A stretch of DNA of 62,617 bases, the filler included, from Reclinomonas americana ATCC 50394 (taxonomy: Eukaryota): NCBI GenBank assembly GCA_048213135.1. It is 5 parts of 2 records of this genome, joined end to end, with 100 filler letters (N's around TTAATTAATTAA, not from the genome) between each part and the next. Parts side by side here need not be neighbours in the genome. Positions count along the whole stretch, not along the records: positions 12,632 to 43,915 come from PS015083.1; 4 more parts are not named here. One strand, given 5' to 3'. Shown here piece by piece: positions 24,961 through 37,700 of the stretch (position 1 is its first letter; the number at the start of each line of letters is the position of its first letter). The position numbers and the translations under genes were made by a program. Under the pieces are notes generated by a model. The model was not told the DNA's origin and did not search any database. It saw nothing but the letters and a program-made list of their open reading frames with translations.

Positions 24961-27188
24961 CTGGAGAGGGGAGAAGGGGGAGTTGGAGGCNNNNNNNNNN
25001 NNNNNNNNNNAAAGAGAAGAGGTGCACAGATTCATCCGACGGATCATCGTCGATCTCAACTTCGTGTGCGTGCGTGCGTGCGTGCTTGCGTGTGTGTATG
25101 CTTGGTGCATGATGAAGTGAGAGAGTGTGTATGCGTGCATGATGAAGTGAGAGAGAGTGCGTGTGTTGTGTTGTTCCGATGTCATCCTGTGCTGTGCGCA
25201 CGTGTAGACAAGGCTGTCTCTCTGCAGCCTCACACTCGAGCGAGTCCATTGGTGAGCGACCGCCATCAGCACACAAGGTGCTGAGCCTTACATCGAGTCA
25301 TGATTCGGATCATCACACAATGCAACATGCTGCGTTTTGCGCATGCACTGCAAGAAGAACTGCATCGTGGATCTGTGGTGGCCCCTCGCAGACGGCGCAC
25401 TGCANNNNNNNNNNNNNNNNNNNNAACACGACCAGTCAATACATGCACCGCGTGTACATGTATACACGTTCACAAGTGGTGATCGTTCAGTTGGTCACCA
25501 TTATTGGCGTAAAGTTCGCTGCCGTATGCACTGGTTGCATCCTTGCGGGATCTCTCACCCTCACGTGGTACGGAGGCTGAACCAGTGCGAGACAGAAGGG
25601 ATTTCAGAACCCGGCAACACGGCAACAGACGACGCACGAAATTCTGTCTCAGACAACCCGGCACAAAAGGAGATGCTTGCCAACAGCACGCTTGCCAACA
25701 ACGTTGGCCCCAGCACCAGCACTGTCTCCGCGACGCTGCCGACATCAACATCAATCCATGTCCATGGCATTGAAACGAGGGAGCACCATGGCACCTCAAA
25801 TGCCGAGAGGAACACAAGCAACTGATGCTTCCACAGACTACTCTCCGTTCACAGCGCTGGCCAGCATGCCTGCAAGATAGTACAGCGGCCAGCAACCAGT
25901 AATGCAACCGGCATCAGGTTCGCTGAGCGGAGACAACCCAGACGTCCAGACGCGCGTGACCAGGATATCCGTATTGATTGTGAGGCGTGCGCCCACTGAC
26001 AGTCTCAACAGCAGCAACGGGCATCGCCGAATGGCAGCAGGGTCACATCCATCACAGACTCTCTCGAACACCGGCCCAGCAGTGGTGACCACACAGAGAC
26101 TGGTCCACAACAGGTTCTGCATGCTGAGTCAGGTGCCACAGCAAGCTAATGCTCCACCTCCACCTTGTGCATGCAAGAGAGCAACACAGTGACAGGTACG
26201 TGANNNNNNNNNNNNNNNNNNNNNNNNNNNNNNNNNNNNNNNNNNNNNNNNNNNNNNNNNNNNNNNNNNNNNNNNNNNNNNNNNNNNNNNNNNNNNNNNN
26301 NNNNNNNNNNNNNNNNNNNNNNNNNNNNNNNNNNNNNNNNNNNNNNNNNNNNNNNNNNNNNNNNNNNNNNNNNNNNNNNNNNNNNNNNNNNNNNNNNNNN
26401 NNNNNNNNNNNNNNNNNNNNNNNNNNNNNNNNNNNNNNNNNNNNNNNNNNNNNNNNNNNNNNNNNNNNNNNNNNNNNNNNNNNNNNNNNNNNNNNNNNNN
26501 NNNNNNNNNNNNNNNNNNNNNNNNNNNNNNNNNNNNNNNNNNNNNNNNNNNNNNNNNNNNNNNNNNNNNNNNNNNNNNNNNNNNNNNNNNNNNNNNNNNN
26601 NNNNNNNNNNNNNNNNNNNNNNNNNNNNNNNNNNNNNNNNNNNNNNNNNNNNNNNNNNNNNNNNNNNNNNNNNNNNNNNNNNNNNNNNNNNNNNNNNNNN
26701 NNNNNNNNNNNNNNNNNNNNNNNNNNNNNNNNNNNNNNNNNNNNNNNNNNNNNNNNNNNNNNNNNNNNNNNNNNNNNNNNNNNNNNNNNNNNNNNNNNNN
26801 NNNNNNNNNNNNNNNNNNNNNNNNNNNNNNNNNNNNNNNNNNNNNNNNNNNNNNNNNNNNNNNNNNNNNNNNNNNNNNNNNNNNNNNNNNNNNNNNNNNN
26901 NNNNNNNNNNNCGCGTATTGCAGTCGTATGTTGCTGCTCTTCGAGTTGCGGGGAGTTTGTTGCAGTTGCGGCCAGTGTGCATGCGCGCGAGTAGTCGAAT
27001 TTGGCGTGTTTGTGCTGCAGTGGGGGACGCCGGATTTCGTTCTTGCAAAATTCTTATCTGGTGAGCAATTACCACTCAACCCCGTGTCGTTTCATCCAGT
27101 CACCCACTCACTTGTGCGTCTCCCTCGCCTTTATATACTGTTCAGCCACAGGTGGCCGTCGCGTGGTTTTGCTGCACGCACAAGCCAC

Positions 27189-30100
27189 ATGTTCTTGTCC
27201 GATGCCGTGAATCGGTGTGCACATGGAGGTGAGCGAAGTGTGGTCGCGCGGCATGCATCACGCGCTTGTTGCACCGCTCCTCATCATTCTTTCTCTTCGC
27301 CTCGCTCACTCACAGCAGTTGGCGGCAACTGCCCGGCAGTTGGTGGTGGCTGTGGACGCCGGCGGCGGAGATGGCGCGCCCCCGCCCTGCCCTCGGCAGC
27401 CGTTCTGACGTTGCTGGTGATCTGGATGGGCCTCGTTGCCGTTGTGATGGCCACCACGGAAAACGTGGTGCGCACGTGTGTTTGCAGTTTATGTGCTGCA
27501 ACGTATGTTGACACTCTCGTGCCTTTGCCAGAAGGAGGAAGGAGCCGGTGTGGAGTTCGTGACTGCTCACGCAGCGCCCGTTTATGTGGATGGAGCGGTG
27601 AGGCAAACTTGCTTCAGTTAATTACCGTTCTTGTGAATGTCGGCCTCCCGCACTCACGAGTGCGTCGCAATGTGCAGGCAAGACGCGCTTCTGTGGCTCC
27701 GCGCACAGGTTTGTGGACACCCGCGCCACACGGCGATGGCAAAATTGTCGTCCGTGTCTCCGATGACTTACGTGTTGTGTGCACTGGCGCAGAAGCCGAG
27801 TACGTACGGCATGATCAGCAATCGTCGCCGGAGCCATTGCGGTCCTCATCGTTGGACGCCGCAGCGGCATCGCCATTTTGCTCCACTCTCCTCAACCTTG
27901 CTGGTTACGTGTGCCACTTTGTGTCATGCGCTTCCATCTATTCATGTTTTCTCACGTGCGGTATACGCGAAGCACAGGCAGCCCTATGGCGCCGCCGGTA
28001 GATGGATTTAGTGGCGACGACCTGCGCGACTTGTCGTGGGTGTTGGAGCACTGCAGCGACGGCGCCGCTGTCTCCGGCACCAGTGTCGCGTATGCATCTG
28101 GGTGGCTCACTGATGCTGCCCTTGGTACCACGTTTCTGCCGCCGCTGGCTCACGTCTCCAGCTCGCGATTGTCTCGCCAGTTGCGCATGAGCATCGACCC
28201 CGGCAGCGGCACCATTGTGGAGGCCACCATTGGCGTGCAGTTCGAGGTTACTGTCAGTGGCACGATTGGCTCCTCCACTGTCTCTGACATGATCATCGGC
28301 GGCGAGTACCACAAGACGCTTGCCGCTTCCACTGCTCTGCCCATCGAGGCAGGTCCGTGGATCGCGGTTCCGTGGACTGGACGAGCGACCTGTACCGCTG
28401 CCTGCGTGCCGGTCACAGTGGCCGATGTCGACCTCTTTGACGGCAGTGCGGCGCTCGTGATGGCCAACGCCTCCGCGCCGTCTCCGTCGTCACCGCTACT
28501 GTCGCAAGCACAGTTCGTTCAAGATAGATTCGGCAGTGGCACCACGCGGCTCGGACCGCTGGACGTGCTGGCCAATGGGGCGCCGGCCGCCAGCATTCGC
28601 GCCACTATGTTGCGCGGCTCGCTCCTGCCCTCGCCACTCCTTTCCGATCCCGGCGATGGCACTGTGCTGCTTGCCTCGCTGGTCAGCCAGGCCGGCGAGC
28701 AGACGGAGGAGGGCCTTGTGGTGCAGGCGGCAGTCGATTGCGCCGCCGGTGCGTGCCCCATGTCGCAGCGCGCCTTCCTGGAGCAGCAGTTTGCACGCGA
28801 CGTCACGCGTTCAGCGTCCCCCGCTCCTCTGTGCAGCGAGCCGTCGCTGGTGCTCGACTCGCTGCGCAGCCGACTCAGCGTCGTCTACTTTGTTTCATCC
28901 GCCACCATCCGCCCCCGCGCCTTGTCGTCGGCCACACACGCCACGTTTTCGTGTGGCGAGGCGGCGGGTGGGCCCGGGTACTTTGCGGCCGAGTTTACGG
29001 TGCAGGGCAGCTCCGACTTTGCCACGTGGCCCACGTCACTCTTCATGTCGGTCAACGACACCACGGCAGGCACGGTGATGTCGAAACTGCAGCCGCTGGA
29101 GGCTTTTGCGTTTGTGCGCGGTCGTGTCATGGATACGAACGGCACCGCGTATACGATGCTGCCGAACGACATGTTTTCGAGTGCGCGCGGTGGCGCATTG
29201 GTTCCCGATGTGGCGTGGTCTGGTGGTGGGCCGCAGCAAGCAGAGCTGGCGTTTGTGCAAGACATTGTTGCCCAGGCGGCGGCGCTGACCACTCGCAACG
29301 GCATACCGCTTCTCGACGCAGCAGTTGGTATGTTGTTGTTGTTCGTCGTGTCGGTGCTCTTCTCGTTTCACACGCGCTCCGCACACTCATCTCTCATTCA
29401 TTTGATTCGTTCGTTCCTTTCCACCCTCCCTCTCCCCCCGCAATCGTACTCACTTTTTTTTGCTTGTTCCCCTCTTTCCACGATTACAGGATCCGCATTG
29501 TTTTCACCATCGGCAATCCCTGGTCTCGTTCAACGCTACCTGCCCTGGGCCGTCCATCCGTCTCGCCTGCTCTTCCTGCACTGGTGGACGGCGCAAGTCG
29601 CAAACGGTGCGCTGTTGCTGCTGCCGACCGCCGGTGGTGATGAGATTACCATTTCGGTCAACTATGCTGTTGCGACGACCGTGGCTGCGAGTGACGGATT
29701 GATTGGCCAGCTCAACGGTGGCATCACTGTGCTTGGCACGGCGGCGATGCTGAAGTGGCAGGCGCTGGTACGTGAGCTGGTTCTGGAGATTCCGCAAGTG
29801 GCGAGTGACTCCCAACTGGTGGAGCACTCCTTTGTCGGCCATCTGAGCACGTCACTGCGTGTGTCAGGCCTGGCGCCTGTCAGCGCACGGGCCGCGGTAC
29901 AGGTCGACGGCAACGTATTGCAGACGAGCGGCGTCAGTAGCCTGCTGGTATCGTTCTCATCGCCACGCTCGCTGTTCGCCTCATGTCGCGCCACATACGA
30001 CTGGCGGTACCCCGTTGTGCTGGCCAAGGGAGACTTGGTGGTCACCGCAGCGCGCCTCAATCCTCTGCTGTCGGCTCAAATCACGCGACCGCGCAACCTG

Positions 30101-30498
30101 GACTTTGTTGCGCTCTCCACTGGCGGTTCGATGATTGTTGACGTGCCGATTATTCGGGCCCAGTTGTTTGCCGGTCCACTCGGCGAGCTCGCCACGCAGT
30201 TGGCCGACTTTGACGCCGTGAACGGCGACTCGGCGCCACTTGATGTGGAGTTTGATCGCATTACGCCCACCGTAGACTGGGTGGCCCTGGTGCAGCAGCT
30301 GCAATCCGTTGCGCAGCAGGCACCAGCCGACACCTCTCCTCTGGCGCTGTGCAGTATGCTTTCGTCGGCAACCGCATCCGTGATCCCCGCTGGCTCGTTG
30401 TCGGGCTCGCTTGTCGGTACCTTCCAATTCGACGGCGGCACATCGTTGACCGGCCGTGCGGCACTTCGACACCAGTACTGGATGGACTTGACTGCCGG
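27189..30498 (+). CDS. Large hypothetical secreted/membrane-targeted protein (more than 900 aa visible, 3' end lost in a gap)
   Basis: Basic plus hydrophobic leader RRRRRWRAPALPSAAVLTLLVIWMGLVAVVMA. Short GT-AG exons lead into long open exons at about 27979-29327 and 29490-30498, separated by a pyrimidine-rich in-frame intron at 29328-29489. No recognisable domain; the start codon is tentative. Confidence 0.7.
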
Positions 30499-30518
30499 NN
30501 NNNNNNNNNNNNNNNNNN

Positions 30519-30616
<98 letters not shown>

Positions 30617-30622
30617 GAGAGA
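30519..30622. repeat. Compound (CA)n(GA)n microsatellite
   Basis: Directly visible beside an N-gap. Confidence 0.95.
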
Positions 30623-30689
30623 GGTACAGGGCTTCACTGTGACTGATGATCACACTCAAAGTCTGTGATTCTGCAGAGACTGATTGCAT

Positions 30690-30729
<40 letters not shown>

Positions 30730-30792
30730 CACTGCGACTCCTTCTCTCTCTCTCTCACTCTCACTCACTCCCACTCTCTTTGTGTGTCACAG

Positions 30793-32642
30793 ACTGCAGG
30801 CGCGGTCTTCGCCTCCAAAACGTAAGTACCCCTCACCTTATCTCTCGCCTACACACACACACACACTCTTCCTCACCTTTCCCCTCACTCTGTCAGTGTT
30901 CGTGCCGGCGATCACACATATCGAATGAACATTTGGGTAAGTGCATTTCTTCCTTCTCATCGCCTTCTCCTGTCACTCACTCACTTCCTCGTGTGCAGGA
31001 TACTGGAGGAGAAGGTCTCTCTCCACATTGTGCTCACTCACTTTTTTTGCGTTGTTGTCTGTGCCTCACCTCTTTCCGTCGTGCAGCACAATACGCCGAG
31101 CTGGCGTCGATGTACTGCAGGGAGGCTCGTTATGCCATTATTCTGTATGGTGAGGTCGATGGTCTTGGTTCACTCCCCTGCCTCTTTTGTTTCCTCTCGC
31201 CTCTCTTGTTCTCATCGCCCTATCATACTCGTTCCCTGTCCTCGCTTTCTTTCCTTCTATCCTTCTTACGAGCCCTGCTCCCCTTCTCTATCTTCCTCTT
31301 TTGTTCCTTGTTCTCATCGCCCTATCATACTCCTTCCCTGTCCTCGTTTGCTTTCCTTCTTTCCTTCTTACGAACCCTGCTCCCCTTCTCTATCTTCTCT
31401 TTTGTTTCCTTTGTCCTGCCTTGTTCTCATCGCCCTCTCATACTCCTTCCCTGTCCATCGTTTGCTTTCCTTCTTTCCTTCTTACGAGCCCTGCTCCCCT
31501 TCTCTATCTTCCTCTTTTGCTTCCTTCTCCTCCGTTGTTCTCATCGCCCTCTTGTGTCCACCTTTCCTGTCCTCGTTTGCTTTCCTTCTTTCCTTCTAAC
31601 GCTCTCTGCTTACCTTTTCTTCCTTTCTCCTTTCTTGTTCGTTTGCTTTCATTCTTTCGTTTGAATGCTCCCTGCTCCCTTTCTCTCCCGTTCTTCTCTG
31701 TGCCTCTACCACCCTCATCTCTCTCTTCCTCTGAGTCTCCCTGCCCCCTCTCTACTCTCCTGTCCCTTTCTGCCCTTTCTCTCCTGTTTCTGCTGCTGCT
31801 CTCTCTCTCCTCGCCTTTCTTTTTTGTTGCCATACTCATCATTCCAGTCGTGTCCTCTCTCCTCCTTCGTTCTCTCTCTCTTTTTTCTTTCTCTTCAGTG
31901 TCCTCTCTTCGCTCTCTTCACTTGTTCCTTCTCTTTCTCTTTAAGAGTCTTTCGCCGCTCTCCATTGACCTCTTGAGCTTTCCATTTCCACTCCTCCTTC
32001 ATACACTTTGTATGTTTCTCCCTCTCTCTTTCTTCTCTCTCTCTTTTCCGTTTCCCCTTTCCCTTTCCCTTTCCCTTCCCCTTCCCTCATCCCTTCTCCT
32101 CTCGCAGATCTCACCAGCCGCCAATCCTTCGACCGCGTCCGCTTCTGGGCCGAACAAATGGGCGTCGTGAACACACCAGGCTCGTACCGCCTCTTCCTGC
32201 TGGCCAACAAGAACGATCTGGAGAGTCAGCGACAGGTGTCTCGCGAGGAGGGCGAGACCATGGCGCGAGCGATTGGCGCCAATGTGTTTCTCGAAGGCAG
32301 TGCCTTTACGGGCGACAATGTCGAGGTGCGACCTGACACTCCCCCTTTCCCGTCCTTCTTTCTCAGTCCCGCCTCTGACCTTTCTGGCACTTGCAGCGGC
32401 TACTTCGCAACATTGCCGACATGGAGCGCGACAATCCACCGACCGCCGACCAGAAGAAACGCAAGTCGAGGGAGGAGTTGTTTGTGGTGGACGGTGGCAA
32501 GTTGAAACGGCGCGGTTCCATGGCTGCGTCGCCGACGGCGTCGGGAGCCGGCAGCAGCGGCAAGGGCTCTGGCCGCGGGGCCTCCGGTGGTTCAGGTGCA
32601 TCGGGCGAAGGCGGCAGAGGCCGATGTTGTACAGTGTTGTAG
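30793..32642 (+). CDS. Rab-family small GTPase, Rab5/Rab24-like, divergent; P-loop exon(s) not visible
   Basis: Exons 30793-30821, 30897-30936, 30999-31014, 31087-31149, 32108-32325 and 32397-32642 give TAGAVFASKTVRAGDHTYRMNIWDTGGEAQYAELASMYCREARYAIILYDLTSRQSFDRVRFW..LANKNDL..EGSAFTGDNVE..GRCCTVL*. Confidence 0.88.
31205..31600. repeat. About 100-120 bp pyrimidine-rich tandem repeat (about 3.5 copies) in a Rab intron
   Basis: Recurring ttgttctcatcgccct(a/c)tcatact..ccttcttacga(g/a)ccctgctccccttctctatctt. Confidence 0.85.
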
Positions 32643-32704
32643 GTAAACAGCATCATTCATTTATTTCGATAACGGCGAGCATTGCCACCCGTTCAATCTT
32701 CCCT

Positions 32705-34059
32705 TCAGTACACGTCTTCGTCGCCGTCGGTATCATGGCCGCCGTCGCCGCCCCCACCAGCCAACGACGAGGGCGATAATGAGCAGGCCGTTGCACTTCC
32801 ATTGTCATCGTCATCGTCGTCGGGCACATTCCAAGTCGCTGTGTCCTCCGCCAGCAGGCCGTGTTGGTGCGCGGCGAGCACAAGCGATTCGATCTCCGAG
32901 ATTTGGTCGGCCGTGTAATCGCCCGCTGACGTCCCACCGCAGCAATCCAATTGTATGTCCTCCGATGCTTCACTGCCGAGAGAGGCCGAGGGAGGGGCCA
33001 GCAGGCCGATTTCACAGCCGGGTGCAGGCTTCAGCACGAGCAGGTCGTACGCGTCGTCTGTTTTCAATAAAGAGCGGTGAGTATATGGCTGTGGTGGTGG
33101 TGGTGGAGCGCGTAATGCTCTCTGCGCACTCACCACTTGCGGCCTTGGTGTAGCCGAGCTTCACCGGAAACCCACATCTTGCGGCCCTCTTCTCCACCGA
33201 CTTGAGATTGTCTTCCGACAGCAGTGACAACCGGAACGGAGGCACCGTCCCCCGAATAACACCTTCGGTGGACGTGGGTCCGTATAGCACGATGCGAGTC
33301 GTCGCATGCTCCACCCCCGGACACCGCAGCACCGCCACGGCATCGCTCGTGTTTTTGTACTCGACTTGCGTGTCGAACATGTCGGCCCAGTTGTCTGCGT
33401 ACAGAGAGACTGTGAACAACGCGGGCGGCTTTTTCTGCGCCCAAGAACATCTCGCTCACCAATCGCCTGTTCGAGACACGGAACGTTGATGCACACGGCG
33501 GCAAGAGGATCTCCCTTGCTACCGCCCGGGTTGCCGGAGGAGTCGGTGACGAGAATCTCCACATCGTCGGGCGTACGAATGAGCAATGCCGCTGCATCTG
33601 TCAAGCCCGTAGCTACTGCTCCCTTTGCAGTCGCCGTCGCAGTCATCCACTCCGGCAGGCCGGTGAGTGACTTGTCGATCCGCGATGTCAGCACACTGGC
33701 AAACGCCTCATCGGAACACACGACCAGGTACGACAGGTCGTTGCCGGCAATGCTCGGCAGATCCTCCTGATAGTACAACTCCAACACCACATCCAACGGA
33801 TGCGGCTTGGCACAGAATCCCAGCACTGTCTTTGACCACGGATGCAGAGTGTGTCGCAGTCGCCGGTCCATCTGCGTGTCACAAAGTGAGACAAAGTGCC
33901 GTGCATATGTTATCGTGAATGCCACCACGCCACGCAACAGTGACTCTTGTGTATCGCTGGTGGCCGAGCAGATTCATGGCCAGGATGTTNNNNNNNNNNN
34001 NNNNNNNNNCTCTCCTCTCTCTCTCTCCTCTTCTCTCTCTCTTCTTCTCTCTCTCCCTC

Positions 34060-34096
<37 letters not shown>

Positions 34097-34572
34097 TTCT
34101 TCCTTCCTCTCCTCCCTTATTCCTCTGTCATTCTCTCCATTCTTCACCTTGTCCTTCTCCCCTCTCTTTCCCTCTCATCTCTCTTCCTTCCTCCTTCACC
34201 CTCCACCCTTCACTGTCACTGTTTCGAACTCGAACTTACCGGCATCGCTCACAGGCAGAGTCAGCTGCACAGGTCGACACATGCGCATTCCCGTCGCCAC
34301 CTGTCCCGCCTCTGCTCTTCTCTGTGCACTCGCCGCCGCAGCTGCCGCTGTTCCGCGCCACAACTGCGCATTGGCCTCGTCTTCGTCGTCTTCCTCCACA
34401 GCGCAGTTGTCGGCGGCTGTTGCACGCGCCAGTGATGATGATGACGCACTCTGTGTCACACACACACGCGCGCGCACATACACACACACACACATAGAGA
34501 GAGAGAGAATGAGTCCAAGCGCCTTTACAGTCTGTGCCTCACGCAGTCGCGCACTTCAGCTGATGCCAGCAT
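32705..34572 (-). CDS. Glyoxalase domain-containing protein 4 (GLOD4)-like, VOC fold, divergent
   Basis: Spliced reading MLASAEVRDC|..RPVQLTLPVSDA|gap|NILAMNLLGHQRYTR|MDRRLRHTLHPWSKTVLGFCAKPHPLDVVLELYY..GNDLSYLVV..IRTPDDVEILV..DPLAAVCINVPCLEQ. This parallels the GLOD4 motifs WSKTMVGF..ELTYNY..GNDF..DPVLKVTLAVSDL. Acidic tail ends DGDEDVY*. Confidence 0.7.
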
Positions 34573-34718
34573 GGCAGTGGGAGAGGAAGAGATGTGTTGT
34601 CTCGCACAACGCGTGAAAATTGATTACTTCAACGGACGCGATCAGTTGCCTTTTTTGGAGGGTGTGTTTTCATTCAGAAACTTTACACGAGGTGCTGGCA
34701 GATTGTTCCTTCTCTCAC

Positions 34719-37700
34719 TCACTGCTCACTCGACTCCTCGTTCAACTCGTCGCTGGCGACGTAGTTGTCGTCACTGCAGCCCCACGGCGGGCAGCTGCCG
34801 ACCTTGTGAGTGCAATACGTGCCGGTGTATCCCGATGTGCATGTGCTGTGTCGAGGAAAGCAAAACACAGTGTGAGTAGGCGAGTGCGGTGGGGTGACGA
34901 AAGACAGTGAAGCATGCACACCATTTGGCACGTCCGTTGCTCATTGAGCACGTTCCAAACTCGCCGCAGTTACATGTGTCGCACGAGTAGTTCGGCGGCT
35001 GGTCGCACTTGGGACCCGTGTAGCCGTCGCGGCAGATGCTGCAATGCAGGTGTCACAGTGAGCTACACTCACACCGACGAGTGTGCGCAAGAGGCAATCC
35101 ATGCAAACCATTTGGCCACGTTGCTGAGCACCGAGCACACGCCGTACGTTCCACAGTTGACGTTGGTGCATGTGGTGGGCGGCTTCTCGCAGTTGGTGCC
35201 AGTGTAGCCACCGGTGCATTGGCTGCAATTACAACACCATCATAGTCAGCATTGGATCATGCACAGCGTAGAACCGCGCCACTCTCACCATTGGCCCTGG
35301 TTGTTCACGACCACGCACGAGCCGTTGGAGCCACAGTTCTTGTTGTAGCACGGGCTCGGCGGCACGTCGCATTTGTCACCAGTGTAGCCGGAGGTGCACA
35401 CGCTGTTCATGGACGACTGAGAGTGAGATACTAACACAGGTCGTAGACTGTGTAGAGCCGTTCAACATGGGGACACACCATTTGGCTTTTCCGTTCACCA
35501 AGTTGCAGGTGCCATAGCTGCCGCAGTTGTAATTCAGACACAGATTCGGCGGAACGTCGCAATTGTTTCCAGAATAGTTGTTCAAGCACACACTGCATTG
35601 TGCGTGACACTTGTAAGCCACGACGACAGCCAGTGAACGAGCAAAACATTTATAACAAACCACTTTGGCTGGTTGTTGACAATTTCGCACTTGCCGTTGA
35701 TTCCACAGTTGACGTTCGAGCAGGTGGTGGGCGGAACCGTGCAGCGATCGCCGGTGTAACCGCTGGTGCAGACACTGCAAGCAACGAGGGTGAGGAACAA
35801 ATGTCGCTCATTTCAAAACATGCTATACTTNNNNNNNNNNNNNNNNNNNNTACGGTTCATGCCAGGTCGTCAACAACCAGGCCAAGTGGTGAGCGCCAAG
35901 TTGCACATGCAGTCACACTGTCTGCATCTCACCCTTCTTTGATTGCAGCATCTGCACCAACGGCTACACCGGTGACAAGTGCACTGTGCCACCGAACCCT
36001 TGCGACACTTGCGATTGTGGCAAGTACGGCTCGTGCCAGGTCGTCAACAACCAGGCCAAGTGGTGAGTGCCNNNNNNNNNNNNNNNNNNNNNNNNNNNNN
36101 NNNNNNNNNNNNNNNNNNNNNNNNNNNNNCTGGCCACAGTTGTAGTTGTAGCACGGACCCGGCGGCACAGTGCAGTTGTCGCCAGTGTAACCGCCAGTGC
36201 AGATGCTACAATCAAGAGAGGGTGAGGAACAAATCTGCTATTTCGCGCTCTCACTTTGCCAACATACCACTTGGCCTGGTTGTTCACAACCTGACACGAG
36301 CCGTACTGGCCGCAGTTGTAGTTGTAGCACGGGCCCGGCGGTGTGGTGCACTTGTCGCCAGTGTAGCCACCAGTGCAGATGCTATGATCAGAAGAGGGTG
36401 AGAAACAGCAACTACTCGTCGAGCACTCACACTCAGCACTAACCACTTGGCCTGGTTGTTGACGACCTGGCATGAACCGTACTGGCCGCAGTTGTAGTTG
36501 TAGCACGGACCCGGTGGCACAGTGCAGTTGTCGCCAGTGTAACCGCCAGTGCAGATGCTACAATCAAGAGTGGGTGAGAAACTAATCTGCCATTCCGCGC
36601 TTCGACTTGAGTACACACCACTTGGCCTGGTTGTTGACAACCTGGCACGAGCCGTACTGGCCACAGTTGTAGTTGTAGCACGGACCCGGCGGCACAGTGC
36701 AGTTGTCGCCAGTGTAACCGCCAGTGCAGATGCTACAATCAAGAGAGGGTGAGGAACAAATCTGCTATTTCGCGCACTCACTTTGCCACATACCACTTGG
36801 CCTGGTTGTTCACAACCTGACACGAGCCATACTGGCCACAGTTGTAGTTGTAGCACGGGCCAGGCGGTGTGGTGCACTTGTCACCAGTGTAGCCGCCAGT
36901 GCAGATGCTGCACTCAGGAGAGGGTGAGATACAGACAGCGTGACTGCATGTGCAAGTCGGCACTCACCACTTGGCCTGGTTGTTCACAACCTGGCATGAA
37001 CCGTACTGGCCGCAGTTGTAGTTGTAGCATGGTCCCGGAGGCACAGTGCAGTTATCGCCAGTGTAGCCGCCAGTGCAGATACTGCGATCATAGGAGAGTG
37101 AGAAACAAATATGCTATTTCGCGCTCTCACATAGCACACATACCACTTGGCCTGATTGTTCACAACCTGGCATGAGCCGTACTGGCCACAGTTGTAGTTG
37201 TAGCACGGACCCGGAGGCACGTCGCACTTGTCGCCAGTGTAACCGCCAGTGCAGATGCTGTGATCAGAAGAGGGTGAGCAACAAATCCGCCAATCCGCAC
37301 TCACAAAACTTGGCACTCACCACTTGGCCTGGTTGTTCACAACTTGGCATGAACCGTACTGGCCGCAGTTGTAGTTGTAGCACGAGCCCGGCGGTGTGGT
37401 GCACTTGTCGCCAGTGTAGCCACCAGTGCAGATGCTATGATCAGAAGAGGGTGAGGAACAGGCACCACATTCCATAACCTGACTCGGAACTCACCACTTG
37501 GCCTGGTTGTTGACGACCTGGCACGAGCCGTACTGGCCACAGTTGTAGTTGTAGCACGGACCCGGTGGCACAGTGCAGTTGTCACCAGTATAACCACCAG
37601 TGCAGATGCTGTGGTCAGGGATGGGTGAGGAACAGGCACTCGCATTTCACAACCTGACTCGGAACTCACCACTTGGCCTGGTTGTTGACGACCTGGCATG

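Noticed and set aside
25425-26203. Short ORFs on both strands between gaps
   Set aside because: No recognisable motif, all frames are interrupted by stops, and I could not build a consistent splice model.
30684-32100. Long Leu/Ser/Phe/Pro-rich ORFs (also 49430-50543, 56731-57513)
   Set aside because: Translations of CT/GA-rich intronic low-complexity sequence that lacks stops by composition.
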